Origin: Mobula hypostoma
Lineage: Eukaryota
Direction: 5' to 3'
DNA: 64,000 nucleotides
Assembly (NCBI RefSeq): GCF_963921235.1
Contig: NC_086097.1
Span: forward strand, 161,450,001-161,514,000
Positions 1 through 12,545 of the stretch are shown piece after piece. Made by a program: the position numbers and the translations under genes. The notes under the pieces are model-generated. The model saw nothing but the letters and a program-made list of their open reading frames with translations. It was not told where the DNA came from and searched no databases. Each line of letters starts with the position of its first letter. Within the stretch, counting starts at the first letter, position 1.

Positions 1-2740
1 TTTTCTATGAATCTGGGGAAAGCTCCTGGCCCGGATGGGTTTACCGTTGAATTTTATAAATGTTTTGCTTCTTTATTGATTCCTTGGCTCTGTAGGGTTT
101 TTGAGGCTTCTTTGAAACTTGGTAAACTTCCTGAATCTTTTAATAGAGCATCTATTTCTCTAATACTAAAGAAGGATAAAGACCCTGCTCAATGTGCATC
201 TTATAGACCAATATCTTTATTAAATGTTGATTCTAAAGTTTTTTCTAAGTTATTAGCAAATAGACTAGAAAAAGTACTTCCTTCTATTATTTCGGAAGAC
301 CAAACGGGTTTTATTAAAGGTCGTTACTCTTTTTATAATATTCGTACATTGTTAAATATCGTTTATACTCCCTCACAAAATGTTCCTGAGTGTGTTATTT
401 CTTTAGATGCCGAGAAAGCTTTTGATAGAGTAGAATGGCCTTATTTATTTAAGGTGCTTGAAATGTTTAATTTTAGCTTGAAATTTATATCCTGGATTAA
501 ACTGTTATATCATTCCCCTGTAGCCTCGGTTCGTACTAACTCTTTAAACTCACCTTTTTTTCCTCTCTTTCGAGGTACTCGACAAGGCTGTCCTCTTAGT
601 CCCCTATTATTTGATATTGCATTAGAACCTCTTGCAATTGCTATTCGAGAATCTTCAAATATTACTGGGATAACTCAGGGGATTAAAGTCCCATAAATTA
701 TCACTCTATGCTGATGATTTACTTTTATATATTTCTAATCCTGAGAAATCCATTCCTGCTGTTTTAGAGTTATTAGCACAATTTGGTCTTTTCTCAGGTT
801 ATAAATTAAATCTTAGTAAGAGTGAACTTTTTCCGATTAATAAACATCTTCCCTTATATTATAAATTTCCATTTAAATTGATTAATAATTATTTTTCATA
901 TCTTGGGATTAAAATTACTTGTAAATACAAAGATTTATTTAAGATTAACTTTTTACCATTAATAGACCATATTACTCAACTTTCATCTAAATGGTTTCCC
1001 TTATATTTAACTTTGATTGGTCGTATTAATGCAGTTAAGATGTTTTTTTTGCCAAAATTTTTATGTGTTTCAGGCATTACCAATTTTCGTTCCAAAATCT
1101 TTCTTTGATAAAGTTGACTCTAAAATTTCTTCATTTATTTGGCAGAATAAGAATCCGAGACTGGGTAAAATACATTTACAGAAAGCTAAGAGAGATGGAG
1201 GTTTAGCATTACCTAACTTTAGATTCTATTATTGGGCTATTAATATTCGACATATGAAATTTTGGTTACTTGACCAGGATATACTATCTATTCCTAAATG
1301 GGTAGCATTGGAATTACAATCTGTTCAGGGTTATACACTTGGCTCTATTTTAGGCTCCTCTCTCCCTTTTGATTCGAAACGCCTTAAGCAGGTCTCTAAC
1401 CCGATAGTTAAATATGCTTTGCGCATTTGGTTTCAATTCAGAAAATTTTTTGATCTTAATCAATTCGGGTTAGCGATTCCTATTTTAGGTAACATATTTT
1501 TTCCTCCCTCTTTTACGGATCGCGCTTTTCAAACTTGGAAGACTAAGGGTATTTTACGGTTTTTGGATTTATTTTTAGATGGTTCCCTTATGTCTTTTGA
1601 ACAATTATCTAATAAATATAACTTATCAAGAATACATTTTTTTAGATATTTACAAGTTAGAAATTTCCTAAGTACTATACTTTCTTCCTTTCCAATGCTT
1701 CCTCCTATATATATTTTAGATTCGATAATTAACCTTAATCCATGTCAGAAAGGTGCATCGGCTATGATTTATAATATTATTATGAAACTTAGGAAAGCTC
1801 CATTTGATAAGATTAGGGTAGATTGGGAACAGGAATTGGGGCTTACCATTTCTGTGGATGATTGGGGGCAGATTTTACAATTAGTTAATACTTCCTCTAT
1901 TTGTGCTAAACATTCCCTAATTCAATTTAAAGTGGTTCATAGAGCACATATGTCCAAAGATAAGTTAGCGCGTTTTTACTCGCATATTAATCCTTTCTGT
2001 GATAGATGTTCGGGGCAGATAGCCTCTTTAACTCATATGTTTTGGTCTTGCCCTACTTTGGAAACTTTTTGGAGAGATATTTTCAATATTATTTCTAAGG
2101 TATTAAATATAGATATCTCTCCTCACCCTATTACTGCTATCTTTGGACTACCTAAAATTTCTAGTAATCTTTCCCCTTCAGCCCGTAGAATGATTGCATT
2201 TCTTACTTTAATGGCGAAAAGATGTATTTTACAACATTGGAAAGAGCTTAATGCTCCAACTACCTTTTTTTGGTTTTCTCAGACGATTTTATGTTTGAAT
2301 TTGGAGAAAATTAGAAGTAACCTTTATGATTCTTCATTTAAATTTGAACAGATTTGGGGACCTTTTATTCAATATTTTCATTTAATGTAATATTTACCCT
2401 TCTTGTTTTTTTTCACTGTTTTTAATGGAGGTCGGGATTGAGGACGTGATTTTAAGTTTAACTCTGTTTGGTTTCAAGTTAGCCCATTGCTTTGCCTTGC
2501 TTTTAGTTAGTTGCACGGTGGGTTTTTTTTTGGGGTTTTTTTTTTCTTTTTTTTTCCATTGATATATATAAAATTTAGTATACTATTATGTTATCTTGGT
2601 TTCTTATGTTTAAATTACATTGTAGTATTTTTTTTGGTATTGATACCTTTTGGAATTTTATTATACTTTAACAATGTATTAATGTTTATATGGCTTACCT
2701 TTTTTGTATACTTACTCAATAAAAAGATTTAAAAAGAAAG
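1..2740 (+). mobile_element. L1-clade non-LTR retrotransposon, 3' part of ORF2 (RT + CCHC knuckle) and 3' UTR, truncated by the window edge
   Basis: ORF pieces 7-696, ~700-1108 and 1017-2390 carry KAPGPDGF, YRPISLLN, SLDAEKAFDRV, GTRQGCPLSPLLF, YADD (707-718) and CDRC...HMFWSC. Two frameshifts (~690, ~1065). The T-rich 3' UTR ends in AATAAAAAGATTTAAAAAGAAAG (~2718-2740). Confidence 0.95.
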
Positions 2741-3834
2741 AATGGATATTGTCCAAATGCAGGCAAGTGGAACTAGTTTAGCTGGCATGAGTTCAGACAA
2801 AAGATCTGTTTCTGGGCTGTAATGCTATCACTGTAATTTTTCAATTTGATGTATACATTATCCTTGTGATACGTTATCTACTTATAGCTCTGATGTATAG
2901 TTAAGCTATCTTCAATAACTTTAAAACTCATGCCACAATAAACAGTCCAAAGCTTCCTCATTCCTAATTTTTAATAATGAGTACGTGCACCTACAGAAAT
3001 AGCCTTACTCTTGACTCTCAGCTGGGATATGAAGATTACACTCCTGTACAACTTCATCCTTGTCCTGGGAAATTTAGACAATCCTGTTCCTTGTATTGTG
3101 CAATGTAACTGCAATAAAATGTAAATGGAAATAGTTGCCTTGACCTATTACATTATAACGGGGGGGGGGGAGGATGAGCAATGCTGGTTTTTAAAAATTA
3201 AATTTATGTACAACACTTTAGGTTAAAATTAAATGAATTGATACTGGTAATATTGTCTCCTTCGTAACTTAGCTAGCAATTTTACTGCTGTGGTACACAC
3301 TGATCTTCAGATGATTGCTACATATCAATTTCTGAATATCTTGCTTCCCACCAGCAGATCAGGTGTCCATGTCTATCAATACAGTTTTGTCCAGAATAAC
3401 AGCAGACCCTGTGATTTGCAGTTTTTAATATACAGGGACCAATGGAAAGAAAAACTACAGACATTCTTGGGCTATGGTTTGATGGTATTTATATTAATCT
3501 GCCTGCTTTATGTTAAACCAAATGTGGAGACTAGGAAGTGTACAATGGGGGTTTTGGTTATTCATTACCTATCAAGTTAACAGAGGTCTTTGACACGGAA
3601 GCTGAATATAATCTCAATTGTGGCAAGACTTTTATCTCCCTAAACTGTCAAAGAAATATTGTTCTGAATTTGATGGGATAAATCCTCAAGGTTACTATTT
3701 GTAATATGCAAATAAAACTATATACTATCAATCATTGACTGGTATGTAACCTCGGTGCAGGAATAAATGGGTTGATAACTAGTTCATATTTATGCTGATC
3801 CTTTGCTTTAAAACAACAGGATTGACTATTGGAA

Positions 3835-4340
3835 TAAGACGACAAGAAATAGGAGCAGGAGTACACCCAACTTGTCATTCCATGCAATTATGGCTGATCG
3901 GCCTCTGACCTCGATATTTCTTTTGTGCCCAGAATGCATAATAACACACTTTCCTGATCTTTGAAAAATGGATCCATCTCTTTAAATACCTCCTCCAATG
4001 TTTTAGACTCCATGGCCCCGTAGGGTAGTGAATTCCAGAGACTCCCTATCCTTTTGGAGGAAATACCTATGGTTCAAATAATTATTTCCTTGTTTGAAAC
4101 TCAACATTTTCCTTATCATGCTCTTTAGTATCTTGTTTCAATAAGATCATCCTTGTTCTTCTAAACTTAAGATTACAGGTTTTTTTTAAACTAGTTTGAG
4201 ATAGGACGGTGCTGTTATCCTAGGAAATGGCTTGGAGAATGTCTTCTGGACCGCCTTCAATGTTGTGAATTGCATTGAAGAACAGGATGAAAACTGTCCA
4301 CACAGTGGTATTCCAGTTGTTGCTTTGCCAACACCCTGTA
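3835..4340 (-). mobile_element. Degenerate CR1 LINE 3' fragment
   Basis: ATAAGACGACAAGAAATAGGAGCAGGAGTA resembles the reverse-complement CR1 3' end seen at 46350 and 58945; followed by decayed RT C-terminal sequence. Confidence 0.65.
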
Positions 4341-5129
4341 CAAGTGAGTTGGTGGGGGGGGGCTTTCTTTGTTGCTGTCGTCTCTAAATAAGGTTGTTGC
4401 CACTGCATTGCAGATTGGAAACAGATTTCTAGCTTAGAGTGTAAAAGGCTTGTGCTGAAAGACTTGAACATTTAGTAGTGGAATCGTGAGGGTTACTAGT
4501 GAAAGGAAAACAAATTGGTCTTAAATGTCAGGGGGGAAATGAGGGGTAATCTTGTATACTATATTTTGAAGGAGGATAACAGGTGCAGGAGCATGCTAAT
4601 GCTTAACTTGTTTTTGTAGGTAGGGTTGTAGTGCCATTTTTAAAGTGACAGCTTATTTGTATAGGTAAATGATTTGTAACAATGGTAATAAAATAATTGG
4701 TAAAAATGTTAATAACTTTGGAGGTGGGACCCAGCAATGTTTTGAACCAAGTGGTCAGGGAACTCTTACAACAAAATTCACTATAAGACCATCCAAATAT
4801 CAAGTTTTGAAAATTAAAATGGGTGTGTCATGAAGTTTAAATTATTGCAGTGGACATCCTTAACTCAAAAGGCAAAATTATTAGCTGAAATAGGTCAATA
4901 CTCCCTTAAGTCTCATCCACCATTCTGTAAGGTCATAGCGGATTTGATCTCTCTGTCTCTCTCACACACATTCCAGAACAGATTTAATTTTCTGTCAGCT
5001 TTTTGTCTTGAATATATTCAAAAACTCTCACCCATGCCACCCCTATAACTCAGGAGAAATTCTCAACTGTCTTAAATGTGACTCTCTCCTGGATAAGATC
5101 AGCATCATTCTTCTATTCACCATTAAGCT

Positions 5130-5905
5130 TTCTGTTAACCTAGTTAATATACCTTAACTTCCAGTAAGATAGTGGTGCCATCAAACACAGTGGCCTCTTG
5201 GGGGGGCCAACCAAAGGTGTTTTTGTCTTCTTTAAATTTCTTTTTTTTTTTTACAATCATAAGACAATGCTGGACGTTAAGAATTTGGAGTACAGCAGAG
5301 TGCTGATCGTTGATGGAGGAGCTGGACTTGGTGTAGATTGTGCTACTACCCACTACAGAGAGGTATCAGAGTTGGTGCATGAAAGCAGTGGGTAGTCTAA
5401 CAGTGAGTGATTATCTTGGATGTTTCTCTTGTGATTGCATGACCCTGTTGGACATTAGTAGTATAAAATACAGTAAGTCTGTTTCCCTTGTTTATTGGCA
5501 AGACAGGCAGGAGGGGAGCTGTATGGCCTCAGTTGTAGCAAGGAATAGGTTTGCCTGTTGCAGCAGTCCAGGAGAGGAGATGCCGGAGGTGGTGTCCGTG
5601 CTGGGTTGCGGGGCTGGCCTCTCCCATTGGTCCGGCCATCCGGTGTTCACAGTGGAAGGTGAGCTGGATTTCATGCGTCTGTAAGTTTGTGGACTGCTGA
5701 GAACTGCTTGTTCTTGCTGATAACACTCCTGCACCATCTATTTACAGGACATGTCACTCAGGGACATGGGCTATATATATTTTGTGTGACTTTGTGTATT
5801 GCTATTTTGTATGTGCTGTTTGTGCCTTATGCCCCTTGACCCCAGAAGAATACTGTTTCGTTTGGCTGTGTACATGAATGATAATTAAACTTGAACATGA
5901 ACTGA
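5130..5905. mobile_element. Degenerate Rex1/Babar-like LINE fragments
   Basis: Similar to other Rex1-type pieces in the window; the + strand end has a TAAACTTGAACATGAACTGAA microsatellite-like tail (~5887-5906). Confidence 0.4.
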
Positions 5906-6132
5906 ATATTTCTTATCTAAAATTCATGCATGTCCTTCCTTTGTATATAACGACCAAAACAATGTGCAGTTCTCCAGTGTGGTCTCATAAATGCCTTGGA
6001 ACTGTAGAGTTGTAGAACATGGAAATGGCATTTCAACCCACCATACCCATGCTAACAAGAGTGCACCCATTTGTTTATTACATTTCCAGCACTGGGCCTT
6101 CTATGCCTAAGTGGTTCAGGTCTCCTCTAGAT

Positions 6133-6412
6133 ACAGGGTGCTACAGTAGTGTAACAGCACAACATTATTACAGCTCAGGTTATTGGAGTTCAGTTTTGGT
6201 AAGGAGTATGTGTGTCCTCCTCATGGTATGTGTAGGTTTCCCCTGGGTGCTCTGGTTTCCTCCCAGTTTCAAAAGACCTACCAGTTAGTAGGTTGTAAAT
6301 TGTCCCATGATTAGGTCCGAGTTAAATCGGGGCTGGGGAGGGAGGATTGCTGGGTATCATGGCTCAAAGGAGCAGAAGGGCCTATTTCCTGCTCTTACCA
6401 AAGTAAATAAAT
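6133..6412 (+). mobile_element. tRNA-derived V-SINE-like element
   Basis: V-domain core GGTTTCCCTGGGTGCTCTGGTTTCCTCCCA, CR1-like 3' end and AAATAAA tail. Confidence 0.7.
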
Positions 6413-6866
6413 GCTGCCAGTGAGTCTGCTTCCACCATTTCCTCAGGCATCGTGTCCCAGGTACTCACCATGCTCTGGCAATTTCAGATTATGATTTTGC
6501 TAGTTTATTCCTCTTGCTGTAGGTTTTTTTTTATTTACTTTGTCCATTCCTTTTGCATCTTTTCACATCTCCCTTCTCTGGCAACAGGACTGTGCTTCAG
6601 AATCTGTCAGTAAAACATCGGAACCTCAGTTTTGAATGACTCAACACTGGTAGTTCCCTTCAGAATCATCTTCTGCAGACAGCGCAATATCTAGTACACT
6701 CAGTGAAACAAACTTACAAAGGTGTCATTCAGAAGTATTATCAAACAGTTCAAAGCTAAATCGCATAAGATGATTAGAGTAGATAAGTTAAAGTTTGGTC
6801 AGAGACGGTGACTTTAAGGAGTCCTTGAAACAGAAAAAGGGGATTCCAGAGCTTAAGCAAAAAAAA

Positions 6867-9800
6867 TCTATATACTACTAAAATTCTCATGCTCTGTTTG
6901 TCTGTGACCTCCAATTAGCCCAAACGGGTCATTACAGTGGCACTTTTTTTTCACTAAATGGACTTAAAATGCGCTAACTTACAGAATGCATGCAAAGGTC
7001 AGGGTTATATTCATATAAAATTGCTCACTCATCAACACCTGATTCCATCTTTCATGGAAACCGCGACACGACACCACGACACATGCGCATGGCCAGCCTC
7101 AGCAGCGCCTCATGATGCTCACAGCAGCGTCACCAATCGCAGCAGAAGGGCAGGGCAGCTCTATTCCAAGTGGTCACATTCTGCTAATCACCATCAGCAT
7201 GTGCAGGATTGGGACAGATCAAACTGTGACCATCAATAAGAGGTAATTACCGTAAATTCAGGTGTATAAGCCGACCCCTTTTGTAGAGGTTTTTGATTTA
7301 ACCAGAAAAGATCACAAGATCTCACATGCCGGTACTCAGCTTTGCTGAATCCAGAACCTGGAAATTTTGTGAACCAGTACCTGCTAAGAAAATAGGCCTA
7401 CACATTATAGAGCATTATAAGCAAATTCTTAATAAATAAATCAGGGAGGGAAGTTTTGGATTAGGTTCCCAATGGTAAAGAATCCTCTGAAATGTAACCT
7501 CCGTGAAACCATTTAACGCCCATCGTAATCTCATTAAAACATAACATGGGGTGGCGGGATCAGTACGTGTACTGTTTGAGTTTGCGACCACCATGTACAA
7601 AAGATTAAAACGAATGCAATATGATGCTGGCTTCAAGCCGAAAAATTCAAGAAGGAAAAGTTGCTACTTGTCTGGGACATGTTCAAAGCGCACTTGTCAG
7701 GTGAGACAAAAGCAGCATTGAAAGCTGAAAATATGGACATTGCAGTCATCCCTGGTGGTTTGACATCCGTGCTCCAGCCACTAGATGTGAGTTTAAACAA
7801 ACCATTCCAAGAATTCATGCGTTGACAGTGGACAGTTTGATGACAACAGTGTGTACAAGTAAATTGAGAAACAGAATGTGTTTTGTAGATCTTTTGTGTA
7901 GATTTCATAAGCATTTGTATTTTCTTTTGTATTTGACTCAAAAACAACCAGTAAATACGACCTGTCTTCCGTGTATTCGTTTTTTCCAAAGTTGACACCT
8001 TCTGTATAAGTCGACTCCCTAATTTTAGGACCAAAATTTAGGGCCAAATTCTCAGCTTATACACCGGAATTTACGGTAAATCTTATTGTAATAAAGTTCT
8101 TCGAAACACCCATCAAACCTTTTGCTGCAGTCAAAGGACAGCAGTGACTATATCACATCCACTTAGGAGAGCGCCAACCACATCATCAAGAGAAATCAGC
8201 ATCCTGGAGGCTTTGGTGTTACTGCTTCGTATCTTCTATCCAGTATTAAGGTAAAAAAAATATGGTCAGCCGAATTGAGAGGCATCGTGGACGAGCTCTT
8301 CTGTATTTCCAAGAGAAACTGGAGAACTTGGGCAAAACACTTGAAGAATATAACTTGCCGACACCAAGAAACGGTACAATTACTCAAAGTGCTGACAATC
8401 TGGAATTATTGCATGAACTGCAATACAACAGAGACGAACAGCAGGAATTTGTTTCACAGAAGGAGCCCCTATTGAATAATGAGCAAAGAGAAATATATGA
8501 ATATGTGTGCCACTGCTTGGAACGGAATCTCTCTTCAATAATTTTCATTGATGCACCAGGAGGAACGGGCAAGGCATTTATTATCATCAACATGATGCTT
8601 GCTAAAGTTAGGGGAGATGGAGGTGTTGCTATTGCTGTAGCATCATCCAGTATTGCATAAACATTGATGCCTGGTGGTAGGACAGTGCACTCAAGATTCA
8701 AGATACCTCTCAATGTCAATGAAGATGGCCTTTGTAATATCGATTTAAAAACACCACTGCTGCAAATTTACTCCGAAATGCAAGGCTTATTGTCTGGGAT
8801 GAGTGCCCCATGATTAGGAGGGAGAGCTTCAAAGCTGTGGACCGAACTCTTCGTGATGTATGTGGCAAGAATGAAGCCTTCAGGGGTATTTTAACCATTT
8901 GCTGTGGCAATTTCCGTCAGCTTCTAGCAGTTGTGAAACGAGGAAATTATGCTGATGTGGAGAATTCATGCATAAAAAAGATCCTACTTATGGAGAAGCT
9001 TCATCAAGTTTCAATTGAAGAGAAACATGCGATTGAGTGAGGGAGAAGGACAATATTCTGAATTCTTATTGGATGTTGGAGAAGACAAGATTGAGAACAA
9101 TGAAAACGATGAAATCAAATTACCTGAAGGTGTGATTGTGCCAGCAGAAACTATGGAAGAATGTGTTGATTTCATCTACCCAATATTCGATAATCCTGCA
9201 GAACTGCTCTCGAGGAATTCTATCTTGGTTCCTCTCAATGAAATGATGTGAAAAATAAACTTCACATGCATTAGATGCTTCCCTGGAATTATGAAAGAAT
9301 ACTGTTCCTTCAATACCGTAGGTGAAGGATCTAACACCACTTATTTTCCAACTTAGTCCTTAAACTTCTGGAGAACAGTGCAGAGAGAACAGGTGCTGTT
9401 TTCTCTCGGTAGGGATTAGTTTTTAGTTCCAAGTGCTCCTGCCACGTTTTGTCTCCCTGCAACCTTATCCTTCAATCTCTTTGTATTATAGAGGACAGCA
9501 TGTGTATAAATGTCTCTCTCCAGCAGACTTCATCATTACTCCAGTATTTCTACTATTTTTTAATGTTTCTTGATTGTACATATGATTTTTTTTGTGTTCT
9601 ATCGCTGAGCCACAGTGAACCATCTGTTTGGCCTATCAGAGTTCTCTTTGAGAACTAGTTGAAATAATCAGCATTTCTGATCTGGCTATTGTTCACGATT
9701 GCACTTAATTTAAAAAAAAAATAAATTCCTTGATTCGGTCGAACTCTCTGGATTGCCAACACATAAACTGGAATTGAAGAGGGGATCTCCCGTCATTTCA

Positions 9801-10375
9801 GTGAGGAACTTGGATCCACCAATGCTTTACAGTGGAACACAAATGATGGTGGAAGAACTGCACGACAATCTCATCATAGTAAAGATAAACATTGGTGCGT
9901 TCAAAAATGACATTGTCATGATCCCAAGAATTACTCTTAGTTTATCAGAAGGGGAGGATGTCCCTCTTCAGCGGAGCCAGTTCCCGATACAGTCATGCTT
10001 TGCTATGACTATACATAAGGCACAAGGCCAAACCATGGAGAATGTGTTGACTTATCTGGAGAAACTGGTATTCCAGCATGATCAGCTATATGTCGCTTTA
10101 AGCCGGGGAAAAAGAAATGAAAACCTTAGAGTATTCTTGAAGGGTGGCAGATCAACCAGAAATGTTGTCATCAAAAGTGTCCTTTGTTAAACGAGGAAGA
10201 GCTTATTTGTCTTGCTACGCGTCTTTCTTCTGTAATAAACTGAGTTTTTCTTCTTTAATTTCCAAAGCAAAGCGATAGCAATAGCATTCAGGGAAACTTA
10301 ATGTTCATTCTGCTCACATCAGACTGCACTACCTTTCTCTGAAAGGGTGCCCCAACGGGTCACCCAGTTGTCTAG
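6867..10375 (+). mobile_element. Helitron (rolling-circle transposon), internally deleted, both termini intact, PIF1-family helicase pseudogene
   Basis: 5' A|TCTATATACTACTAAAA at 6867; 3' hairpin GGGTGCCCC-AAC-GGGTCACCC (10345-10365) then CTAG|T (10372-10375); A|T target with no TSD. Helicase motifs DAPGGTGK, IVWDECPM, GNFRQL, FAMTIHKAQGQT and QLYVALSRG in fragments 8262-10190. Confidence 0.92.
7250..8076 (+). mobile_element. Non-autonomous pogo-family (Tc1/mariner superfamily) DNA transposon nested in the Helitron
   Basis: ~25-bp TIRs CCGTAAATTC(A/C)GGTGTATAAGC(C/T)GA with TA TSD at 7248-7249 and 8077-8078. ACCACCATG start at 7593 (MYKRLKRMQYDAGFK) is joined out of frame to a DDE remnant LLVWDMFKAH...IPGGLTSVLQPLDVSLNKPF. 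Confidence 0.92.
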
Positions 10376-12129
10376 TCTGAATTAAAACTAAAATCTGGAA
10401 ATACTAAGGCCAGGCAGCACCTGTGGAGGTAGAAATGGTCAGTACTCCGAGGCTAGAGCCACCCACTAGAGTTAAGGATCCCAGACTTAATACTAACTGC
10501 CTTTCTGCACAGCTGATACTAAACCTGCTGAGCACCCTCAGCTCACCCTGCCCCTATTCCAGAGTTTAGGAAAATATGGCCAATGCAGGCTTTGTCCTTT
10601 CAAAGTTTGCAGCTTCTTCAGAACAGTTTACTCTTTAACAGCACAACAGTTTACTGTGCACATTTATTTCGCTTGGATGTTTGGAATTTCCTTTTCCCAC
10701 TTTCTGTACAACCTGTAACAGTGATTTCTTTCCCGATGTGGGAAGGCATCAGAGCCTCAGTCACGGAGAGCATGCATTTGCACACAGCGTCTGTGACAAT
10801 GGTTGAACCTTGTAAAGTTGCATCAAAACACCCCTGCTTTCATACTCCATATCAACTGAATTAAGGGCCAGCCTTCCTGATTAATTACTGTACTGCAAGC
10901 CAAACCTTTGTTTCATGATGGGACTCCTGGTCCCTTTGAATTGCAACACTTGATGTTAAATTTGTGCTTACTTTCCCTTCATGTCCCTTGGCAGTCTATG
11001 TATCTTTCTAACAGCATCTGTTATATTTTCATCAGAGTGTCTAGCTACAGTGCACCCTGTCACTTCATCCCAGTCATGTATTCTTCTGTCACATCATGAG
11101 GGTAACAATATTTTCTTTATGAAAATTAGTACAGCAGATTTTTACTGAAGAATATTTTCCCTTCAATAATGAAGTGGTTGTTTATCCACTGAAATATGTT
11201 CCTTGTGAATATTATTTTAGCATTAATAAGATTTTATAAGTTTATGTCCAGCTTTGCATTCCATTAATAAATGCAGAAGAAGGTTGATTTTCCACGTATT
11301 GATATTTTGGCTAACTTGCTTCTGAAGGTTGTGTCTAGTGCAAGTTAGTGATTTCTTTTCCAGAAAAATAATCATACGTCTTCCCCAAAAGGATCAATTT
11401 GAAATTTAGTACTTCTAATGCCTTCTGTTTTGGGAAAGGAATGAATAAATGTTTACAGTTGCATTTGCATTTGGCTAGGTCAGTAACAAAGTTATTTTGT
11501 TGTTTGCTTTTTGATTCCACAAGATTGGCATCCTGATTTTTTAAATAACACCTTTTCACTGATTTGTAGATTTATTCATCAAGTTTCTACATCGGATGCT
11601 GAAAACTGTTCTGTATTTTGCTTTCCAGCTGCTGTTAATGTATAAATAGGAGAGGAATTATAAGTTATTGAAATACATTGGTTAATTCCATTCAATAGTT
11701 ACTTCTCAAATTTTTAATTGCACCAAATCTCTAGTCTCTGCCTTCAAATGAAATATTTACTGCCATCATGTGATCACTCCAGGTATGAAACTGGTTCAGT
11801 CATTATTCATCTTATGGAGTTGAGGCAAGAACTTCAGAGTTTTTAAATCAACTCTGGTAACTTAATTGAATACTACGTATCAAAGCAACTTAGTGCTAGT
11901 GATAATTTTGAGGTGGTAAGAAGGAATTTTGCAATTGCACATTGTTAAGCATTGCCTTCCAGACACAGCTTATATAACATTTCAAGGGCTATTACATGTA
12001 AACTATGTTAGGATGGAATAAATTGTAGCAGGAGGAGAATCAAGACCACTCAAGCCGGTCCACTTACGATGCAATAGCCTCAGCCCTCCACTCCATCCTA
12101 TCCCACTTAGAAAATTATGCCTCATATGC

Positions 12130-12545
12130 TAGGATGTTCATCGACTTCACAACTGTTTAACATGATCATATGTAACAGGCTGAACTTACTGGGGCTCAAC
12201 ATCCCTCTCTGTAACTGGATCTTGGACTACTCGATGGAATGACCCTAGATAGTCCAAGTTGGCAGCAGTATCTCAAGCTCCATCATGCTGAGCACTGGTG
12301 CCCTGCAGGATTGTGGGTTCAGCTCACAGCTGCTCATGCTGCTGACTGCACTGCCAGATCCAGCTCAAACCACATCAGACTTGGAGTGATTAGCCTCATC
12401 AGCAACAACAATAAGTCGGCATGTAGAGGGCTTATTTGATGGTGTGAGAACAACCTGAGCCTTGGAGCACACAAGATGAGATGATTGTGGACTTCAGGAA
12501 GGCACAGATTGACTACTCTCCATTGCACATCAATAGTTCTGCTCA
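12130..12545 (+). mobile_element. Degenerate Rex1/Babar LINE RT fragment
   Basis: Remnants such as LGLNIPLCNWILDY and a W-C-x-x-N-L-S-L segment match the better preserved Rex1 pieces at 15955-16251 and 43130-43750. Confidence 0.6.
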
